From positions 79,593,520 through 79,648,488 of the forward strand of contig NC_068981.1 in assembly GCF_001194135.2 (NCBI RefSeq): a DNA stretch of 54,969 bases. Reading direction: 5' to 3'. The position numbers were made by a program, and so were the translations under genes. Origin of the DNA: Octopus bimaculoides. Lineage: Eukaryota. This document shows, piece by piece, positions 10,757 to 23,002 of this stretch. The stretch's first letter is position 1, and each line of letters starts with the position of its first letter. The notes under the pieces were generated by a model, which worked only from the letters and a program-made list of their open reading frames with translations, was not told the origin of the DNA and did no database searches.

Positions 10757-11426
10757 NNNNNNNNNNNNNNNNNNNNNNNNNNNNNNNNNNNNNNNNNNNN
10801 NNNNNNNNNNNNNNNNNNNNNNNNNNNNNNNNNNNNNNNNNNNNNNNNNNNNNNNNNNNNNNNNNNNNNNNNNNNNNNNNNNNNNNNNNNNNNNNNNNNN
10901 NNNNNNNNNNNNNNNNNNNNNNNNNNNNNNNNNNNNNNNNNNNNNNNNNNNNNNNNNNNNNNNNNNNNNNNNNNNNNNNNNNNNNNNNNNNNNNNNNNNN
11001 NNNNNNNNNNNNNNNNNNNNNNNNNNNNNNNNNNNNNNNNNNNNNNNNNNNNNNNNNNNNNNNNNNNNNNNNNNNNNNNNNNNNNNNNNNNNNNNNNNNN
11101 NNNNNNNNNNNNNNNNNNNNNNNNNNNNNNNNNNNNNNNNNNNNNNNNNNNNNNNNNNNNNNNNNNNNNNNNNNNNNNNNNNNNNNNNNNNNNNNNNNNN
11201 NNNNNNNNNNNNNNNNNNNNNNNNNNNNNNNNNNNNNNNNNNNNNNNNNNNNNNNNNNNNNNNNNNNNNNNNNNNNNNNNNNNNNNNNNNNNNNNNNNNN
11301 NNNNNNNNNNNTAAACAAAGTCACCGGGCAAGCTACCGGTCATTCTTAAGGATGGTTAAAGGATCTTCGTCGCTCCGAAGGACGAACGTGATAAATGTAT
11401 GTATAGGATCGGGAGGTGAATAAGAG

Positions 11427-11485
<59 letters not shown>

Positions 11486-12048
11486 TTTCTTAGTCACATT
11501 CACTTGGTGGTAGATGCCTATGTAGTTTATACATGATACAGCAACTGAACGTCGTCTGTAATCAGAAGTAACTACAATTTTTCGCAATTTATGAAGGCAA
11601 CAATGCAAAAAGAGGTGTATTTAGTGTCGAATTATGCGATTTCTTAAAACCTTTTTTTAGCATGTATGTATTACTTATCGACTACTTATGGGTTTTGCAT
11701 AAGCGTCAAAATAGATCAAGAAAATATTCTTCGTGAACATTGTTTGGATGATTATATACCAGATTGTTCGATATTTCAACATTTTAAAAGCCTAGCACCA
11801 AACACGAAGGGTTTGTCTCCCGAATAATACAAATTGTTTAGCCTATTTCATGTAGGAATTTATTTTTGATTTTTTTTAAAATATTCAACTTGATATATTC
11901 TCTTTTATTTCATATCAAATACTTTGTTTTACGATAAGGATTTTTTAAATTATACTTGGAGAGGGCCATCTTTTGCCAATTATACACACGCACTATTTAT
12001 CTGATCTTCTCTTTATTTCTCTTTATTATTATTATCATTATTATTATT

Positions 12049-12265
12049 AAGGCAGCGAGCTGGCAGAATCGTTAGCACCCCGGACAAAATGCTTAGTGGC
12101 CTTTCGTCCGTATTTACATTCTCAGTTCAAATTCCGCCCAGGTCGACTTTGTCTTTTATCCTTTCGTGGTCGATAAATTAAGTACCAGGGAAACACTGAG
12201 GTTGATGTAATCGACAAGTCCCCTCCCTCAAAATTTCAGGCCTTGTACCTTTAGTAGAAAGGATT
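12049..12265 (+). mobile_element. SINE-A, tail type 2, within (ATT)n
   Basis: Full head, core and aaaggattattatt tail. Confidence 0.9.
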
Positions 12266-12284
12266 ATTATTATTTTAGTTTATC

Positions 12285-12370
12285 TGTGAAAGTTCTTTCG
12301 TTACACACTGTGACCTCTTCAGCAACTTTCTGTCCTATGTGTCCGTAAGGACGGACGAAACGTCACTAGC
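12285..12370. other. Two decayed hammerhead-like cores in opposite orientation (possible Penelope terminus)
   Basis: Minus strand: CTGAAGA-imperfect stem-CGAAA (12296-12322). Plus strand: perfect stem gtccgt-aagg-acggac followed by GAAACGTC (12341-12364). Confidence 0.35.
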
Positions 12371-12662
12371 CATTTTGCCTGGTGTGCCTACGATTCTACC
12401 AGATTGCCGCCTTGTGCGCTGCTTATCTTGGAGTGCGTCTGATATACCCGAGCATCTTTTATGCCATCAAATACGATAGCTAAATAACTGTATTGCTATA
12501 AAAGATTTACACTTTAAACAAACGTAAGAATTAGATTAAAATATTACTAGTTTTTGTTTTATTCATGTAAGCAAATTCCGAAGGCGGGAATAACCGTTCT
12601 CTATTAAGAACTGTAATTGCTATAAGAATTAATCAAACAATTTATATTATTTGAGACCTAGA

Positions 12663-13085
12663 TTAAGCCGACGGGCTGGCTGAGTTGTTAGCACACCGGA
12701 CAAAATTCTTCGTGGCATTTCGTCCGTTTTAACGTTCTGAGTTCAAATTCTGACGAAGTCAACTTTGCCTTTCATCCTTTCAGGGTCATTTAAATAAGTA
12801 CCTGTCATGTATTAGGGTCGATGTAATCGACAGGCTCCCCCTCCCTACCCTAAAATTTCAGGCCTTGTGCCTAAGGTTCAAAGACTGAGAGCTGGCAGAA
12901 TTTTTGCCGCGCTAGACATAATGATTAGCGGCATTTCTTCAGACTCTTTACGTTCTGAGTTCAAATGCAACCAAGGTGGACTTGACCCTTTATCCTTGCG
13001 GGGTCGATGAAATAAGTACTAGTTGAGCATAGGATCAATGTAATCGACTTCCCCTCCCCTCAAAATTATTGACCTTTTGCCAATA
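12663..13085 (+). mobile_element. Two tandem SINE-A copies
   Basis: Two successive head-core-tail matches; the junction lies near 12885. Confidence 0.85.
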
Positions 13086-14382
13086 TTTAAAAGGATATCA
13101 TCTGGAACTCAAATATTTTGAAGTGGGTGAAAAGCATACAGAAATGTTGAAATGAGGAACCAAAAGACTCGTACTATTCATTCATTCCACTATTATTCAG
13201 AAAGACTTATTTTATTGATCTTGTTGATACTGATACATATCCCACGTGAAAAATGACAATAATTTATGAATATTAAAAGAAATCAACGTTATCTATTAAT
13301 ACTAACTTTATCTCTTCTTTCATTGTTAGCTTCCCAAATTTGAAAAAGAAATAGTAGTCTCAAAATATGTTAAGAAATCTTCAAAGGCAAAAAAAAAACC
13401 GTTTTATATATACACATGCACTCGCAAACACACTTGCAGAAACATTTAATACTTATTTAAAAGCTATATTGTATTTAGAAGTATAGATGTTTAGTTGTTT
13501 TATTCGGCTTCGAATTTCAATTTCAGTTTTAAATAATTTTTATTAGAAACTGTCAACTTTATAAGATGGGGTTGACCAATTTAATATTGAAATATTTCAT
13601 ATTTAATGCCAAACTTTTTCTCGACACGAAAATAAAACGAATATTAAAGTTGTTCATAGATGAAAAGGAAACAGATAGAACATATCCAAAAATTTAATAT
13701 GGGAATAGGCAATGTTTATTGTAAAACCAAAAATATAAACAGGAGTACTCCAGATTCTACAGTTCCCAATTTTCATATGGATAATTGTTTGCCATCAAAA
13801 TTCGAATACTACATATTTGAATTCGATTTTTTGTAGTATTTGGTACTGGAAAATAATTCTTGTTTTAGCAAGTTGATTACATCGACCCTAGTGTTTGACT
13901 GGGACTTTATTTAGTTAACATTCAGTTTAGTGTCATAAAAATGTGAAAATTAATAGAAATTGGAAGCAATAACAGGGAACTCCCTTAGTTTTATAATACT
14001 TATATAAATGTTAATGATGCAAAGAAGGTATATATGGCTTTTACGCGGTCTTTGAACCTATTTTTCCACATGTGTCTAGACCACACACACATGGTTTTCC
14101 AATAAGTTTTTATTGATTAGAAAGAAAAACAGGTACTCTTATATTAGGAAACAGGGTGGGTATAAAATGTATATAGCATTATAAATTTACTCTTATAACA
14201 AACAATTCATGTTACCGTGTTGAAAGAATTTCTAAGCGTAGAAAGGTAACTTAATAGTCGTGAGACTGTTACTTTACCTTTCTTTTTTTAATGGAAGAGT
14301 ATAGCTCGGGATCCTTTTATTTATTTTTTTTTTTTTTTTTACATATTTTATTTATATATTTGCATGTTGCTATTCGCAATAG

Positions 14383-14418
14383 GTTCCATCCGCAGACTCT
14401 ACACGAATAATATCATAG
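14383..14418 (+). CDS. Candidate 36-nt phase-1 exon, (G)SIRRLYTNNII, unknown gene
   Basis: T-rich tract then gcaatag|, donor ag|gtatta, only one open frame; no recognisable homology. Confidence 0.2.
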   Translation, partial: VPSADSTRIIS

Positions 14419-14431
14419 GTATTAGTTACAA

Positions 14432-14640
14432 ATTTTGGCATAAAACCAGAAATTTCGAGGAAGTGGGTAAGTCGATTACATCGACCCCACTGCTCAACTG
14501 GTACTTATTTTATCGACCCCGAAAGGATTAAAGGCAAAGTCGACCTCGGTGGAACTTGAACTCAGAACGTAAAGACGAACGAAATACCGCTAAGCATTTT
14601 TCACAGAGTGCAAACGATTCTGCCAGTTCACCGCCCTTAA
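14432..14640 (-). mobile_element. SINE-A
   Basis: Full reverse-complement match. Confidence 0.9.
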
Positions 14641-15049
14641 TGTTACAAATATCAGTAGTTGTCTTTCACAGTGCAGCAACAAAAGTAAACTAAATACTGT
14701 CTATTGCGTCAAAGCCGCAGAAAGGAACACTTGAAATGAATGTTATATACAGTATAAAATACATACATATTGGAATCGTCAGGAATGTACCCAAAATGTG
14801 TATTGCTTTGAGCAGCAGATTAATATTTCTTTTATTCGTTTATTCATATTGTAGTTTTCAGAACTACAACTGTACTCGCCACTATATTAAACTCTAATAT
14901 TGATTTCTTTTGACTAGACACGCGAGAAATTCGAGTAGGGTAGGGTTAAATACAATAGAATCAACTACAATATATTACTTTTAAGTTATTGTATCGACTT
15001 TGGAGGGATAAAAGATACTTTAGCAAAATTTGAGTATTTGAATTTCATT

Positions 15050-15510
15050 TTAATAACTGTTCCTATTATCGGTGCGAGGCCACAAATTTGAAGGGAAGGG
15101 GTTAGTCGATTAAAGTAACCACAATATACAACTGGTACTTTAAGGCGGTGAGCTGGCAAAAACGTTAGCACGCCGGGCGAAATGGTCAGCGGTATTCCGT
15201 CTGTCTTTATGTTCTGAGTTCAAATTCCGCCGAGGTCGACTTTCCTTTTCATCCTTTCGGGGTCGATAAATTAAGTACCAGTTGCGTACTGAGATCGGTT
15301 TAATCGACTGCCCTCCACCTCCCCCAAAATTTCGGGCCGTGTGCCTAGAGTAGAAAAGACTATTCGACTGGTACTTTTGTCATCTTGACTTCCGCACAAG
15401 GACGAAAGACAAAGTTGACTTCAGCGGGATTTGAACTTAAAACGCCCGTAAATGCCCAAACAAATAGCGCGAGCTATTTTGCACGACGTGCTAAAGATTC
15501 TGGCAACCCA
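15050..15510 (-). mobile_element. Old SINE-A split by a younger copy
   Basis: Tail half at 15050-15141 and head half at 15367-15510. Confidence 0.7.
15142..15366 (+). mobile_element. SINE-A nested in the older SINE-A
   Basis: 11-bp TSD actggtacttt at 15131-15141 and 15367-15377. Confidence 0.9.
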
Positions 15511-15689
15511 CAAATTTCAAGGGGTTGGATGTAGTCGATTAATACCTTGACATCCTTGTTATTTATTTGCTTTTTTATTCACCTCACTTTGAACCTTGCG
15601 GATAACACCGGACTGGCTTGATTCATCAACTTAAGTATCTTATTAAACTGAATCTTAATTCTTATATATAGTATATATTTACATATACG

Positions 15690-16015
15690 GATCGGTGTCT
15701 CTTTGTTATGACATTGGATAATAGTTGTAAACGAGCATCACTGTCATGCAAGTGGTGTTTCTTGTTTCCAATCTTCCGTGAAACATGTCCGGCTGTGGCG
15801 AAATATTACGTGACTTAGAAGCAAGTAAGGGTTGGCAACAGGAAGGGCATCCGACGGTAAAATCATGTCTGTTGCGACAGAATACCCACTGACACATGCA
15901 AGTATGGAAAAGTGGATGTTAAAATGATGATGGTGACGGCAATGGGGGCCGGCGGTGGCGAAGGTGACAGCTGTAGTGGAGGCGACTGTGCTGGTGGCGG
16001 CTGCGCTGGTGGCGG

Positions 16016-16050
<35 letters not shown>
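15690..16050 (+). mobile_element. SINE-C 3' half with (GAT)n tail
   Basis: gttgtaaacgagcatca..ggcaacaggaagggcatcc..ggaaaagtggatgttaaaatgatgat, homologous to 53050-53270. Confidence 0.7.
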
Positions 16051-16054
<4 letters not shown>

Positions 16055-16484
16055 CATGTATCATCGAAAAGCATTTTCCTGTGGAAATTTTCTTCGTTGA
16101 AAAATTTCCAGTGAAAGATATCAAAAGATGAGTCGTAGAGTAGCAAAAACACAAAGTAGTACATAATAAGAATATAGCAGCCAGCTTTGAGAGATAGAAA
16201 TGCGATAATCTTGATTGACAAAGTGGCCTTGAAATAAAATGATATCAATTAATGGCCGAAAGGAATTTCGGAACATATTTTATAGAATTTGTAGTAGCAA
16301 TATTTCTTTATCAAATACATAAAAAAATAATATGCGAATGAATACTTAGAATTAACGGACTATTCTAAAAAACCTTTATCATTTTGTTAACGTTATATAT
16401 TAAATATTATTAAATACCATTAAAATCAATACATTTAACAGGAAAACGCTGGTGAGAAGAGCAAGACGCAATGGTCATAAATGA

Positions 16485-16605
16485 TGAGAGAGGGAGAGAG
16501 AGAGTGAAAATGAGACAGAGACAGAGAGAGTCAGACAGACAGATTAAGAGATGGAGACAGCGAGAGAGAGAGAGAGGGGGAAGAGAGGCAGAGAGAAAAG
16601 ATAGG

Positions 16606-16678
<73 letters not shown>

Positions 16679-16850
16679 AGAGACAAGCAGACCGGCTGAC
16701 AGTCCGACCGACAGACAGATCGGCAGGGTAGGCTCACAGAAGCGGACAGAAAGAGTCAACGACACGAAAGAAATGGCGACATAGAAGGATAGGGATGAGC
16801 GAAAAGAGGAATAATAGAGTGAGAGAGGAAGAGAGAATTAAGGAGACAAT
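16485..16850. repeat. (GA)n/(GACA)n compound microsatellite
   Basis: Seen directly. Confidence 0.9.
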
Positions 16851-17661
16851 GAGCTTAACAGGCATGCAAAAACTGAGCAGAAAAGCATGATAAAAGTCAG
16901 TTTGTGCTAATTCAGGCGACATCGAACAAAAGAATCAAGCATTTATCGTGAATAGCAACATGCAAATAAATAAATAAATAAATAAATAGATAAATGCAAA
17001 TGGCAGACGACTGAATAAACAAGATGAAGTCCAATCAAATTATTCATCAAGATCTATTTTCATTCATTGTTTCATTTGTTTTTTTCTTTATTTTGAGATT
17101 TCACCTTTAGCAGCGAGATTCCTTTTCACATTGTTTATTTTATGACATTAGATTACTGCAAAGATCAAAGTAGAGACGTGTCCGGGCATTATTTATTTGT
17201 TCAGTCATTTTGACAGTGGCCATTTTGTATCAGTTGTTTGTAACAAAAATAGTCAAATAAGAGACAAAAATGTCCGACTGCATTTAGTTTCGTTCATTTA
17301 CATTCTCATTCCGAAGCCTACGGGAGTGGTCTTTCTCTTACATACTTCCATAAAATACAGACACACCCTCTCCTTACAGTTATGTCAGGTTACGTGATTT
17401 CCCGCTTACGGAATCTGTAAAGTATGACCACTAATTTCAGGATACGGTACGGTCTGTACGCTCGCTCTTACGAAAACGCGTGAATTTAAAAACTCAACTT
17501 TCTTAATGAAAAGGTTGCTTCTCGGCATTTAGCTAAGATAGAAGTAAAGCTAACAATCTGAAAAACTAATCACGAAACATATATACGTACATACATACAT
17601 ACATACATGCATGCATGCATGCATGCATACATACATACAAACGTTCATATGCACGAGTGTG

Positions 17662-17700
<39 letters not shown>

Positions 17701-18295
17701 CGCGCGTGCAAGTGTTTGCATATGCGTCACTATAAACACTTTAGGTGTCACGTATTTCGTTTATCGGATAAATGCTTGGGAGATGAGGTGTATCAGTTTA
17801 TTCACTGAAATTCTCTTCACATCTGGTGGTGGTGGTGGTGGTGGTGGCTGTCGTCGTCGTCGTTGTCGTCGTNNNNNNNNNNNNNNNNNNNNNNNNNNNN
17901 NNNNNNNNNNNNNNNNNNNNNNNNNNNNNNNNNNNNNNNNNNNNNNNNNNNNNNNNNNNNNNNNNNNNNNNNNNNNNNNNNNNNNNNNNNNNNNNNNNNN
18001 NNNNNNNNNNNNNNNNNNNNNNNNNNNNNNNNNNNNNNNNNNNNNNNNNNNNNNNNNNNNNNNNNNNNNNNNNNNNNNNNNNNNNNNNNNNNNNNNNNNN
18101 NNNNNNNNNNNNNNNNNNNNNNNNNNNNNNNNNNNNNNNNNNNNNNNNNNNNNNNNNNNNNNNNNNNNNNNNNNNNNNNNNNNNNNNNNNNNNNNNNNNN
18201 NNNNNNNNNNNNNNNNNNNNNNNNNNNNNNNNNNNNNNNNNNNNNNNNNNNNNNNNNNNNNNNNNNNNNNNNNCTCTTTATGTATATTTGTACTA

Positions 18296-18612
18296 TACGC
18301 ACAAGGCCTGAAATTTGGGTGAGGGGGCCAGTAGATTCGATTGACCTCAGTACGCAACTGGTACTTATTTAATCGACCAGGCGTGCTAACGATTCTTTTC
18401 TACTCTTGGTACAAGGCCCGAAGTTTTGGGGGAGTTGGGGGGCAGTAGATTAGATCGACCCCAGTACGCAACTGGTACTTATTTAATCGACCCCGAAAGG
18501 ATAAAAGGCAAAGTCGACCTCGGCGGAATTTGAACTCATAACGTAACGGCAGATGAAACACCGCTAAGCATTTCGCCCAGCGTGCTAACGTTTCTGCCAG
18601 CTCGCCGCCTTC
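18296..18612 (-). mobile_element. SINE-A fragment plus a full copy
   Basis: Tail fragment at 18296-18378 and full copy at ~18400-18612. Confidence 0.88.
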
Positions 18613-18641
18613 TCTTTGTGTATATTGACTTGCAAAATAAT

Positions 18642-19406
18642 CCTTTCTGCTATAAGCACAAGGCCTGAAATTTTGGAGGAAGGGGCATGTCGATTATATC
18701 GACCCCAGTACTCAACTAGTACTTAATTTATCGACCCCGAAAGGATGAAAGGCAAAGTCGACCTCGGCGGAATTTGAGCTCAGAACATAAAGATGGACAA
18801 AATACTTATTTCGTTATTGCCCACAAGAGGCTAAACATAGAGGGGACAAACAAGGACAGACAAAGGGATTAAGTCGATTATATCGACCCCAGTGCGTAAC
18901 TGGTACTTAATTTATCGACCTGGAAAGGATGAAAGGCAAAGTCGACCTCGGCGGAATTTGAACTCAGAACGTAACGGCAGACGAAATACCGCTAGGCATT
19001 TCGCCCGGCGTGCTAACGATTCTGCCATCTCGCNNNNNNNNNNNNNNNNNNNNNNNNNNNNNNNNNNNNNNNNNNNNNNNNNNNNNNNNNNNNNNNNNNN
19101 NNNNNNNNNNNNNNNNNNNNNNNNNNNNNNNNNNNNNNNNNNNNNNNNNNNNNNNNNNNNNNNNNNNNNNNACTTATTTCGTTATTGCCCACAAGAGGCT
19201 AAACATAGAGGGGACAAACAAGGACAGACAAAGGGATTAAGTCGATTATATCGACCCCAGTGCGTAACTGGTACTTAATTTATCGACCTGGAAAGGATGA
19301 AAGGCAAAGTCGACCTCGGCGGAATTTGAACTCAGAACGTAACGGCAGACGAAATACCGCTAGGCATTTCGCCCGGCGTGCTAACGATTCTGCCATCTCG
19401 CCACCT
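18642..19406 (-). mobile_element. Dimeric SINE-A within one TSD (part duplicated across the N-gap)
   Basis: 17-bp direct repeat ttgacttgcaaaataat at 18625-18641 and 19407-19423 encloses a full tail-1 copy joined to a 5'-truncated tail-2 copy. Confidence 0.85.
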
Positions 19407-19583
19407 TTGACTTGCAAAATAATGAGAATGGACTAAAAGAAATAAAACAAAGTAATACTACATTATATGTGTTCATGTGGGAACATTTTCTTGATATGCA
19501 AAATCATTTATCTATGAGTCAAAAAATTATGTGAACCATTTTTGTGCAAAAATAAATGTGTTAGTTGTTGTGCTTTGCTTCAG

Positions 19584-19690
19584 ATCATCTTGATCAAGCG
19601 GATCTAAAATTACCGCCGAGATCAGCACCCTCGTTCGGCTTCATTCAGGCTCACCGTGATCACATCGACTCTTCTCATAGAAATTCATAA
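19584..19690 (+). CDS. Candidate terminal exon (D)HLDQADLKLPPRSAPSFGFIQAHRDHIDSSHRNS*
   Basis: Acceptor gtgctttgcttcag|, locally GC-richer, 34 open codons then TAA; no homology recognised. Confidence 0.25.
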
Positions 19691-19879
19691 TCGAAAGCGT
19701 TCTTTTTTCTTTCTTTCTGGTTTCGTTTTCTTCTTTCTTTTACATAATACAGTGTATTTTGCATGTAATTTGATTATTTCTTGCATATAAAGCGACAACG
19801 TACATGCTCTTATGCTGGTTTTTTATTCAGTTATTGCGAGGAAGAGAACAACCACAACCAAAACCTTTTGTAATTAGCA

Positions 19880-20200
19880 CTTGAAGCGCCGGAAAAAAAA
19901 CGCCTTGCAGCATTTCTTCCGGCTGTCTACCTGCTGAGTTCGCAAACTTTTCCTTTCATCGTTTAGGGGTTGATAAACCACAGCATCAGTTAATACTGGG
20001 GTCGATGATATCGACTAAACTCATCCCGTCAAAATTCCTGGCCATGCGCTTAAATTAGAAATCATTATAACCATTAAATAAAGCAGTGAACTGGAAGAAT
20101 CGTTAGAGCAACGGGGAAAAAGTGACGAGATCAACTTTGCATTTCATACCGCTGAAATCGATAAAATAAAGTTCCAGTCTAGCAGACTTTGTGCTTAATC
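19880..20200 (+). mobile_element. Two degenerate SINE-A copies
   Basis: Core motifs ctttcatcgtttaggggttgataa and caactttgcatttcat. Confidence 0.6.
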
Positions 20201-20524
20201 AGAGACGTTTATAAGCATTACATTTTAATGACGTCAAATAGTGCATTTTCCATCTACACTTTGAATGAGATTTAGATTTTTTATTTACCGTACGTGTCTG
20301 CCCATGCCATACCAAAGACGGTACTAATAACTAACAAAGTAGTTTACAACTTTACTAGTCTGATTTTTTTAAGCGGAAGTTGATGAAGTCTATTAAATCA
20401 AAAGCAGTACGTTACTGGTGCATGTTTTATCGATCGCTATCAATGACTCGTGATTTTAACTGCAACGAAGCTGATGCAGAATTCATCTAGAACTGAAACC
20501 ACGATCTTCCGTTTGCGGGACACA

Positions 20525-20591
<67 letters not shown>

Positions 20592-21435
20592 NNNNNNNNN
20601 NNNNNNNNNNNNNNNNNNNNNNNNNNNNNNNNNNNNNNNNCTATCCCTCTCTCTCTCTCTCTCTTCCTCTCTCTCCTCCTCACTCTCTCTCTTTCTCTCC
20701 CTCGCTTTCCCTTTTTGTCATTGAGTTTGCCATTTAACTATACAATTGCTTTACATCTGAAATGTCTTCGGTCTTCGTTAACAAAATTAATTTATTGATT
20801 TATTTTAATAATCATTTTGCCATATAGTCTCTTCTGGTAAATTGGGAAGCAAAAAGAAACTTAATAAATCGGAATATGGTTCACTGGAGCACAAAGGTCA
20901 AAAGTGTATGCAAGTAATTACGAATCTTTGAATTCCATTGACCGAAATCCTTCAGCCACCGGTTTGCTTGCTGAATCCAGAAAGCTTCAATGCAGCGGAC
21001 ATCAAGTATGGAGAAGACTTTCATACATATTGATACGTTCTGGCTCATTTACAACAACGTCTTTCAGAACTCTATCGCAATATGTAAGACGGACTTTTAA
21101 CATCTCAATCTTAGGTACTAAGCGAAAAGTCCTTTTTGTCGCTGTCGTCTTTGCCAACTATGTTATTTGGGTATTGGTGTATCCCGATCAGCTGGTGACC
21201 CATTAACCCAGAATAAATTTCTATTGCATGCTATAATTTGTACACACGCCCACACACATGGTTGTAGGCTGTTTAGCTAAATATAGTAAATATTTAATGC
21301 AGACCACCGATGCAATACAATACAATGTCAATGCAGACTGTCAGTCAGTAATCAATAACTGATTAATTATTGCTCAGCGCGTCATCTCTGCCATCCTTAC
21401 AGACCTGATAACATTCTTACAGACCTGATAAAATT

Positions 21436-21844
21436 CAGCGCAAACCTCCGCCAGGGCAACACCAATGTCTTCTCAACGATTAGCCGGAGATGATTTTTAA
21501 AATGAGAGTATCTGAAATAAACTCGACTGCTCTCACAAATGGGAATATTAAAAATGAACCCGACTGCTCTCAAAAATCAAGTAAAAGAAAAAGAAAGGAA
21601 AAATAATCCAGAATCCTTGTTCGGTACCGGATCAATCTCAAAATCTAATCAGTTTTAGCCCGCATAAGTAATTAAAAAAAAAACATCCCAAAATCTAATC
21701 AGTTCGTGCCAGACACGAGATCAAACATCCTTGAAAGTTTCATCCGAATCCATCCAGCGGTTCTTGAGATATCTGTCCACGGACAAACAAACAAACAAAC
21801 ACAACTGAAAGCAATACCTCCTCCTTCGCAAAGGCGGAGGTAAT
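21436..21844 (-). mobile_element. Non-autonomous Helentron-type element (HINE/DINE-like)
   Basis: Reverse complement begins attacctccgcc-hairpin, carries (GTTT)n, and has ggcggaggtttgcgct near the 3' end; homologous to 24538-24902. Confidence 0.75.
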
Positions 21845-22129
21845 AACATCACAATAAATAATAGTAAGATAAGTGTAAAAATAATGGTTTCAAAATATGG
21901 CTTAAGGCGAGGGTTAGTTGCATGATTATATATTTTATGATTTAAGTTTGCATGTTTTCCAAAAAACTAAGGATTGAAGCTAAACACACTTTCATAGATA
22001 TTTCAGAGGATTACTAACGTTGTTGATTCTCTATCACTGGTCGTGTTCATGCAACCTTTTGCAAGAAGCAGACCAATTTTATAAATGTTTCCCTAGTGCA
22101 GTATAGCGAGCGAGCTTGCTAATACACAT

Positions 22130-22325
22130 ATTTCAAATTTTGGTACAAGGCCAGCAATTTTAGTGGAGGGGATAAGCCGATTGCAACTGGTACTTATTTA
22201 ATCGACCCCTAAAGGATGACAGGTAAAGTTGACCTCGGCGGAAAGTGAACTCAGAACGCGGAAATGGGCGAAATGCTACAATGCATTTTGCCCGGCGAGA
22301 TATCAATTCAGCAAACTCGCCGCTT
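22130..22325 (-). mobile_element. SINE-A
   Basis: Reverse-complement match. Confidence 0.85.
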
Positions 22326-23002
22326 TATTGCTAGTTCACATATTAAAGCGTGTGTGTGTGTATGCGTGTAATGTTCCAAATTGTGGACCACGTTCTTTTT
22401 TTATTTAAGTAACTGAATTTTGCACAGGGGCATATAATTTCAAGGAGAAACTCATAGGATATGTAATTTTTTTCTGGTACTTTCTTAAAAAAGAAAGGAA
22501 AATAGAATTCCTTAGTTGCAACAATTCTGAAGGAATTTTCCCAGCCAACATAAGATTGTCAACATCATTTTAAAATAATTTATTCTGAATATTGGGAATT
22601 CATATGACTTGTATTTAACTTAGGCCTAAGAAAACTAGTAAATCGGAGGATGTCGTTGCTCCTCCTCCTCCTCCTCCTCCTCCTCCTCCTCATCATCATC
22701 ATCNNNNNNNNNNNNNNNNNNNNNNNNNNNNNNNNNNNNNNNNNNNNNNNNNNNNNNNNNNNNNNNNNNNNNNNNNNNNNNNNNNNNNNNNNNNNNNNNN
22801 NNNNNNNNNNNNNNNNNNNNNNNNNNNNNNNNNNNNNNNNNNNNNNNNNNNNNNNNNNNNNNNNNNNNNNNNNNNNNNNNNNNNNNNNNNNNNNNNNNNN
22901 NNNNNNNNNNNNNNNNNNNNNNNNNNNNNNNNNNNNNNNNNNNNNNNNNNNNNNNNNNNNNNNNNNNNNNNNNNNNNNNNNNNNNNNNNNNNNNNNNNNN
23001 NN

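Noticed and set aside
10609-11423. ORFs over 200 aa containing X runs (also near 17600-18400, 22600-23100, 35500-36060 and 43100-43700)
   Set aside because: N-gaps contain no stops, so the length is an artefact
20287-20330. Minus-strand exon-like ISTVFGMAWADTY
   Set aside because: Weak acceptor, several open frames and no partner exon
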